Positions 57,630 through 64,000 of a stretch of DNA of 64,000 nucleotides are shown here, piece after piece (position 1 is the first letter of the stretch; each line of letters starts with the position of its first letter). The position numbers and the translations under genes are program-made. Origin of the DNA: Lepidodermella squamata. Lineage: Eukaryota; Animalia; Gastrotricha. The DNA lies in assembly GCA_047495785.1 (NCBI GenBank), contig JBLDXI010000038.1, positions 496,001 to 560,000 of the forward strand, given 5' to 3'. The notes below the pieces were generated by a model. That model was given only the letters and a program-made list of their open reading frames with translations. It was not told the origin of the DNA and searched no databases.

Positions 57630-59271
57630 ATGGTGAAAACCGCAGCTGCCAGTCGCACCGAGCCAGCAGTTTCCGGCGAGCTACCCTATCCTTCGATGAG
57701 TAAGCCCCAGGTTGTCGACAAACGCAAGCGATTCATGGCGTAAATTAAATCCTGTGCTATTGAGTTTTTGGTCTGAGTTTCAAATTTTCAGACCGAACCA
57801 AACGTACTTTTTCAAGGAGGATCCGCTTCTGGTGATGAGAGCCAAAGGGCAATATTTATACGATGAGAATGGAGTGAAGTATTTAGGTGAGTGTTTAGTT
57901 GCTTTTTGACTATTGCAACCTCATGGTTCATCAACCAGACTGCATCAACAACGTCGCTCATATCGGCCATTGCCACCCAAAATGGGCAGCTGCTCTTGGG
58001 CGTCAATTGACTGAGCAGACAACAAATATTCGCTACTTGCATCCCGCTGTTCCGGAGTTGGCGCATAAAATTGCGAAAACTATGCCGGAAGGATGCAATC
58101 TCTCTGTCACCTATTTCGTGAATTCGGGATCGGAAGCAATTGATCTGGCCCTTCGCATCGCGAGGGCCCATACGGGTGGTCATGATGTTGTGGCGTTGGA
58201 GCACGCGTATCACGGCACGCTCACTTCCACAACAGCTTTCAGTCCATACAAATATATCAACTTCCCAGAGGATGTCAAGAAACGAATGGATTTACCCCCA
58301 GAATGGTAAGAAACAGATGTATCATTAATTTGTCTCATCCAATAAAGGAAAATAACATTCGAGATTTCACTGACCACTTCCGCTGGCATTAACGATTGCT
58401 TTTTTGCAGGGTTCACATCGCCCCATGCCCCGATCCATATCGCGGAAAATTCAGGGATACTGATGCTGCTTCGGAAGGCAAGGATGTTGATGATTATCTT
58501 GCTGCGCGTTATTCTGACGAGCTCGATAAAATGATGGGCGATGCGGTAGCTCGTGGACGCAAATTTGGCGTGTTTATTGCCGAATCTATCCAGAGCTGTG
58601 GTGGTCAGGTTGTCTACCCACCTGACTACATGCGTCGTGCCTACGCTGTTGTGCGCAAATATGGCGGTGTCTGCGTAGCCGACGAGGTTCAATGCGGTTT
58701 CGCCAGGGTTGGCGATAAATACTGGGGATGGGAAACGAACGCCGGTGCCATTCCTGATATTGTTATTATTGGTAAATCGATGGGCAACGGCTTCCCGGTA
58801 GCAGGTGTTGTGACGCGCCCTGATATAGCAGCGAGCTTTGCTCGTCAGTGGCCAGAATATTTCAACACGTACGGAGGCAATCCTGTTTCTGCTACAGCCG
58901 GCCTTGCTGTTATGGATGCGCTTGAAAATGAAGGGCTGGCGAAAAATGCGCACGAGATGGGCAAGTTGTTGCGTCAAAATTTGAACAAATTGGCTGCCAA
59001 ATATCCGGAGGTTGTCGGTCAAATTCGCGGTCGCGGTCTCATGTACGGCATCGATATTGTCACTGACGCGAAGTCTCGTAACCCAAATCAGCAACTGGCG
59101 GTTGCTATCAAGTCGAAAATGCGGCTTGATCACTGTGTGATTGTATCTACGGACGGCCCTTACGATAACGTGATCAAAATTAAGCCGCCCATGTGCTTCA
59201 ACGCCGGCGATGTGCAACGCCTCAGTGAGTGCCTGGACCTGGTGATTGGTCAGCTGAGTTCCAAAAAATAG
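57630..59271 (+). CDS. ETNPPL: Class-III PLP enzyme, ethanolamine-phosphate / 5-phosphohydroxylysine phospho-lyase (AGXT2L), 4 exons
   Basis: YLDCINNVAHIGHCHP, VNSGSEAIDLALR, HAYHG, AESIQSCGGQ, ADEVQCGFAR, PDIVIIGKSMGNG, KIKPPMCF. The frame is open further upstream (ATG 57447; acceptor 57485). ETNPPL versus PHYKPL cannot be resolved. Confidence 0.9.
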
Positions 59272-60038
59272 CGAAGACGGCGTTGGCAATTTACTTCTGA
59301 TACTTCTACTATTGTGCTCTAATTGACTAACAACTAACAACTTGAGTTGATAATCTAGTCTATCCGTTTTCAAGTGTCTTCCGTCACGGGTATTTTGCTG
59401 CAAATTACACTTAGACCCGATTAATTTCTAATTTTCTGCTGTAAGCTTGAATGTTTTCTCTTGTTGTTGCTATATCAACTTTTTGAACTGCTGAAACTAT
59501 TGTTAAAAGCATCGAGTCAAGTCATGAGTACGGGACGTGCCAATGTTTTTATTTTTTCCCAATTTTCGGAACGGGAGGGAGTCAGATTAGACGCGAGCGT
59601 TTTTTGCTCTCCCTTATTTTCGAGCCATATTGTTGGTAAAAGATTCAACTATTTTTCGAACTCCGAAAAAATTTTAGACGTCTGCGGTGAAAGAACGGCA
59701 TTCTGCAGTCTTCCAAATATTTAGTGAGAGGCCTAATTTTCTTTGAATGAACGCCTTGCAAAATTTCTGAACAAGTTCAATAAAATAATTTATTAATTGT
59801 TTGCGTTTTCTTCATTTTGGGCGATATTTTGCAGAACAGCAGGTAATGCGTAAAATAGCAGATAAAATCAATCAAATCTCCGGCTGATACACGGGTGTTC
59901 AGGCTGTTTACCTGGGTAACATGTAGGTAATTGGGCAACGATTACATAAACAACACTGGCAACTGAAAAAAAGATACACGGCACCTCGAATAGCTAATAT
60001 CGTAGAACCATTGTTATTGAATTTCACCCGGTAATCGA

Positions 60039-61894
60039 TCACACGTGCTGCAAAGTTCTATGACTAAACGCTGCATCTCCGTGGTTGATAGGAACGTCTT
60101 TCGGATTATTTGATGCCATTTGCACTTCGACTAGGCGGAAAGATCGCAGAAGCTCGGCAATGCTGGAAATCAGCTGGCCAATGAGGTTAAATAACGGTTG
60201 CGTTGATCGGAATGTAGCAGAGAAAATATTATGAACAAAGCTTAGAACCGGGGCGATAATATGATTGAAAAGAGCCACCAATATTGGCTGCAGAAAATAA
60301 GAGCCAAACACAGATATGAAAGCTACGATCATTGGCTGAATAAGTCCTCCAATAGCAGTTTTTGACACTTCCATTATCAGGGCAATCACAAACGCGAATA
60401 TGACACGAATAATACCGAAAACTTCAGCCAAAGCCCGCTGAGTCATCAATTCGAACCTAGGGTGATACATTGTAGAAAATCGAGCGATAGGTAATAATTT
60501 GTTGAAAACCTCGCAACGATTCGCATCGTTTTTGTTGGTGGATTCTCTCTCGGTAATAGAAATCTCCTGTCGGCTCCACTAGGTGCCTGACTGAATTGAT
60601 ACTCATAGCGCGACTGCTTGAATAGATCAAAGTAATTCTCCCCCTCGTATTCTTTCTCCTTGGGCTGGTCAGCGGCTGGATTGAAGTTCGCCTGCGATTC
60701 GGTAGCATCCTGCTTGACCATGTCTGATGGAATCATTATCCCAGACCATTTCCGAGGTTTATTAGCAAGATCACCCTCGGTTTCCAAGCTTTTGTGATCA
60801 TGTACGGGAATAGCAATGGAAAGAGCGTCATCGCGCACCTAGGTTTGGATTGAAGAAATTTAGGAATAGAAAAGGAGCAAAACCCCGAGCAAACCTGTGG
60901 CATGATGATAGATGAATCGGCGGGCTGTGCCTTTACTGGCTTTAGGGTAGCCCTTGAAGACTGATCAACTTCGATGGCAGTTCGAATAGATGCAACACTT
61001 ATATTGTCTCCTTTTTTACTTCGCAGTTCGCTGGCAGTTTCGCTGAATGATATTTCTGCAATCATAATTTGATTAAACGACACGCATGGCCAAGTAATGT
61101 GCATGAGGTATGCGAGATTCGATAACACGAGACACACGCCAATAACAGGCACCGAATTTCTTCAAGCCGTCAACTAATAAAGGGGGTCGGCGCAAAATAA
61201 GCTCGCACCAGCTTATGATTAAAAACACAAATTCAATTTGGTACCTTTATGGCGTGCGTTTCATATATACCTATTGCGACCACAAGCAAAACAACTTCAC
61301 ACCTGAGGGGACATATTTGGACGCTGTTTTGCTGCTTGCGTTTTGCTTCTTCAATGGATCGGCCGTTGAAACTGTCGTTTGTTCTTTGACCGCGCCAAGA
61401 TCGTCGAATGTCTGTCTCTTCGATGCTTTGCTTGTATTTTCTTTGAATGATGCAGCAGATATAGAATCACGTCGCTCTTTGCTTTTTGGGCCTAGACATT
61501 GAAAAATACAATTTATGTATAAAACTGGATGAAGCTGTGACGTGAAATACTGTGCAGATGTAATTGTTTTGATTCATTCTGAACCGTGCTTTGTGCAGTA
61601 TCGACAACAATCGGTATGTCTTTGATGGACACGATAATCAGTTGAAAACAACATGAAATTTAGTTAATTACCGAGAGAAGAGGCTTGATCGTAGACAGAG
61701 TCTTCCTCAAGATCCTCCCCACCATCAGTTGTATCGCTCTGAGAAACAGACCTTTTGCTCAAGCCATTTACAGTTCTTCCTGGTTGTCTCTTAGCTTCAC
61801 TAGCTCCATCTTTTACCTCAGTAATGGTGTCCCAATCTGATTCGTCGCCATCGTCAATTTGGACGTGCGCAAGTGGTCCACGTGCGCGATTCAT
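60039..61894 (-). CDS. Uncharacterised protein: disordered N-terminus and long C-terminal hydrophobic/amphipathic segment, multi-exon
   Basis: Minus-strand exons near 61894-61670, 61490-61305, 61055-60897, 60838-60511 and 60457-60039 have GT-AG boundaries (e.g. IVAR/FELMTQ). The C-terminal ~110 aa are membrane-like. The start is uncertain (61894 or 61995). Confidence 0.7.
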
Positions 61895-64000
61895 TGGTAT
61901 GGCATGAAGCCAACGCAACACAGCAAAGCACTAATTGACATCAAGAATTGAAAATATAGTATGTCATACTCTGACACTCTGAGGGATGTTTCCATGGGAA
62001 AAATACGATGCAAAATCAAGGCAGTATAAACTGAGCTTCGTTTTCGACTTCACCGAGGTTTCTACATATTTTCGAGACATCCTATTTTGGGCAACGCCCA
62101 AGCCTGCGCCGCGAACGGAGCCAATCGAGATGACTAAACAATCTACGATTTAGTTCGCCCGAAATCATTTTCCAAGCACTTTCAAGAACTTCCGGCAAGA
62201 AGAATTCACGATAGTAGAGCATACAAGGGTTTAGTTTCCAGCACTAAGGGCAATATGGACCGGCTAGGATTTTCAAGTTTTCGGAAGATATAATTGATGG
62301 TGAAAAGTCGTTCTATGTCGCAGACGCCCATAACTGTAAAGCGCGCATGTATATAATGCACGTATGTCTGTAATTTTACGCTGGACTCGCCCTTTTGGGC
62401 CGTCTTCCGTCGAACGGACGCAGATTTGCACGCCGAGAGACCAAGGGCCGAGGACTTTCTGGCGTCGTAGCTAAGGACGCTTAAGTCGGTAAAATAAAAT
62501 TTGTATAGCAACAATTTTATTGTTTTTTTAATGTATTTTATGAAAGGTAAATAATTACGTTTCAAGACAATTTAGCGCGCAATTATGAAAAGTGGAAAGA
62601 ATGAAAAATGAACTCCTTAACTGTCTATTTAATTCACCGAACGCGGCAAACGTGACCTGCCTTATCTCCAACGGTCGGTGGCTCGGGGACGACCATCGAT
62701 ACCTGATGTTCGTTGTAGTGCCGCCTGGTAATCTACGATCGCATCCACCTTCCCTCACAATGAGTGCGGCAGTGAAACTTTTCGGAGTGTGAAGTCGTAA
62801 TTATCGTCACATCATCGTTTCCCGGTTCAGAGAATCAATCACACAGCTAGCATGAATGGCATCTGAATATTTGCCTACAAAATTGTCCTTGGATGCGATG
62901 ATTGGCCATAAAAATATGGATGCGATGGCTGGCCTCTCTCAATAATGCTGCGAATTTAGAAGGGATTGTGAGCAAATTCCCCACTTGAAATGAAGAGAAC
63001 ATAATTGAAATGAATCAGACGGCTAGGAACCGATTGGCTGGAGGTTCGAAAAAGACTTGTCTGATTCAAATCATTATTGAGAATGGAGACATTAAAGGTC
63101 GGAGTCAATTAATGCTAAGAAAATACTAAAATAACAGAAAATATCTATAAGTATCAGTAAAATTTCGCATGCTTGTCATCGACTGCGAAGAACGTGCACA
63201 AACCTTACTTTGATGAAACATTTCATGTTAATATTTTAAGGAAGCGTAACATTATCAAAATGTTTTGCCGCCGAGTTCTTCATTTGTGAAATTGGCAATG
63301 TTATTTCGCTGGCTGTTTCGTTCTTCAAGGGAACTTTTCTCAATCAAACAATGTCCTCTGGCAGCATAAAACTTCTCAGCATGTTTCCATTTCCAAACAG
63401 TTGAAAGATACATGAGACGTACTATATGAAAAGATATATAGAAATGATCTCGGTAAAAAATTGAGCTATTACATAGCCCAACCCCCAAGCTACATTATTT
63501 GATTTGCTTTGGAGAAAATTCATACCCTTGCGAAAACCCTAAATTGTGAAAAATTGGTTCCACGGAACCGACAAAAAAATGCCGATTGCAACAAATTGCT
63601 GCTTAATTTGGCACCTCCACTCTGAGGTATTTAGCGAAAACATACAAAATTCACCATTTAAAATTTGCCTAATGCGCTTTTCTACACAACTTGCAATGAA
63701 AAAAGGTAAAAATCCTATTTGCATAAGAACAATCAGAGATACTGCACCTTGATCGATAAATTTCGGTGATCGCTACTCCCTAAATTGCTTTATAAATACT
63801 AGCAGCTAGTTATCAACCTTCAAGTCAGCCGTGCATTTATACCAGTTTCAACAGTTCTTGCTTTCAATTTTTCTTTTCAATTAACTTGGCATGTGCACGA
63901 AAAATTGTGAGGAGTTGTGATGATAAATGGCTGGCATGGCCTGAATTATTTACCACCTTTTATGCAGATACAAGATACCTGGCTGCCTGTCACAAATAGT

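Noticed and set aside
58210-59403. 397-aa minus-strand ORF
   Set aside because: It is the antisense shadow of the ETNPPL/PHYKPL coding exon and has no recognisable motifs. The same applies to 12261..12944 opposite GFAT and to most other short ORFs in the track.

Overview
Gene-dense eukaryotic DNA from a compact-genome invertebrate animal, probably a protostome; the taxon cannot be fixed from this window. It holds about 21 intron-containing protein-coding genes, and most introns are about 45-60 nt GT-AG. Gene order: XPO6 (5' partial, +); a minus-strand run of seven genes (Ly6/three-finger protein, divergent Rac/Mig-2 GTPase A, KDEL receptor, orphan secreted protein, GFAT, GTPases B and C); a small Ser/Pro-rich gene (+); a minus-strand cilia-related trio (two tectonics and a QRICH2-like gene); SEC14L/retm (+); CCDC93 and an Ig/DB/FN3 receptor (-); a plus-strand run (RPL34, DDX46, SLC38A10, COX10, ETNPPL/PHYKPL); and an uncharacterised membrane protein (-). 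The most striking structure is an operon-like organisation. Co-oriented genes lie as little as 81-152 nt apart, and at six junctions a poly(A) hexamer is followed 16-50 nt later by a pyrimidine-rich AG acceptor just upstream of the next ATG. This is the signature expected of polycistronic transcription resolved by spliced-leader trans-splicing, and it includes a candidate RFX-driven ciliary operon. Other points of note are two GC-AG introns, three Rac/Mig-2 paralogs with different CaaX codes (one with a remodelled switch II), and MITE-like/foldback elements. Gene models were assembled by eye and no searches were run.
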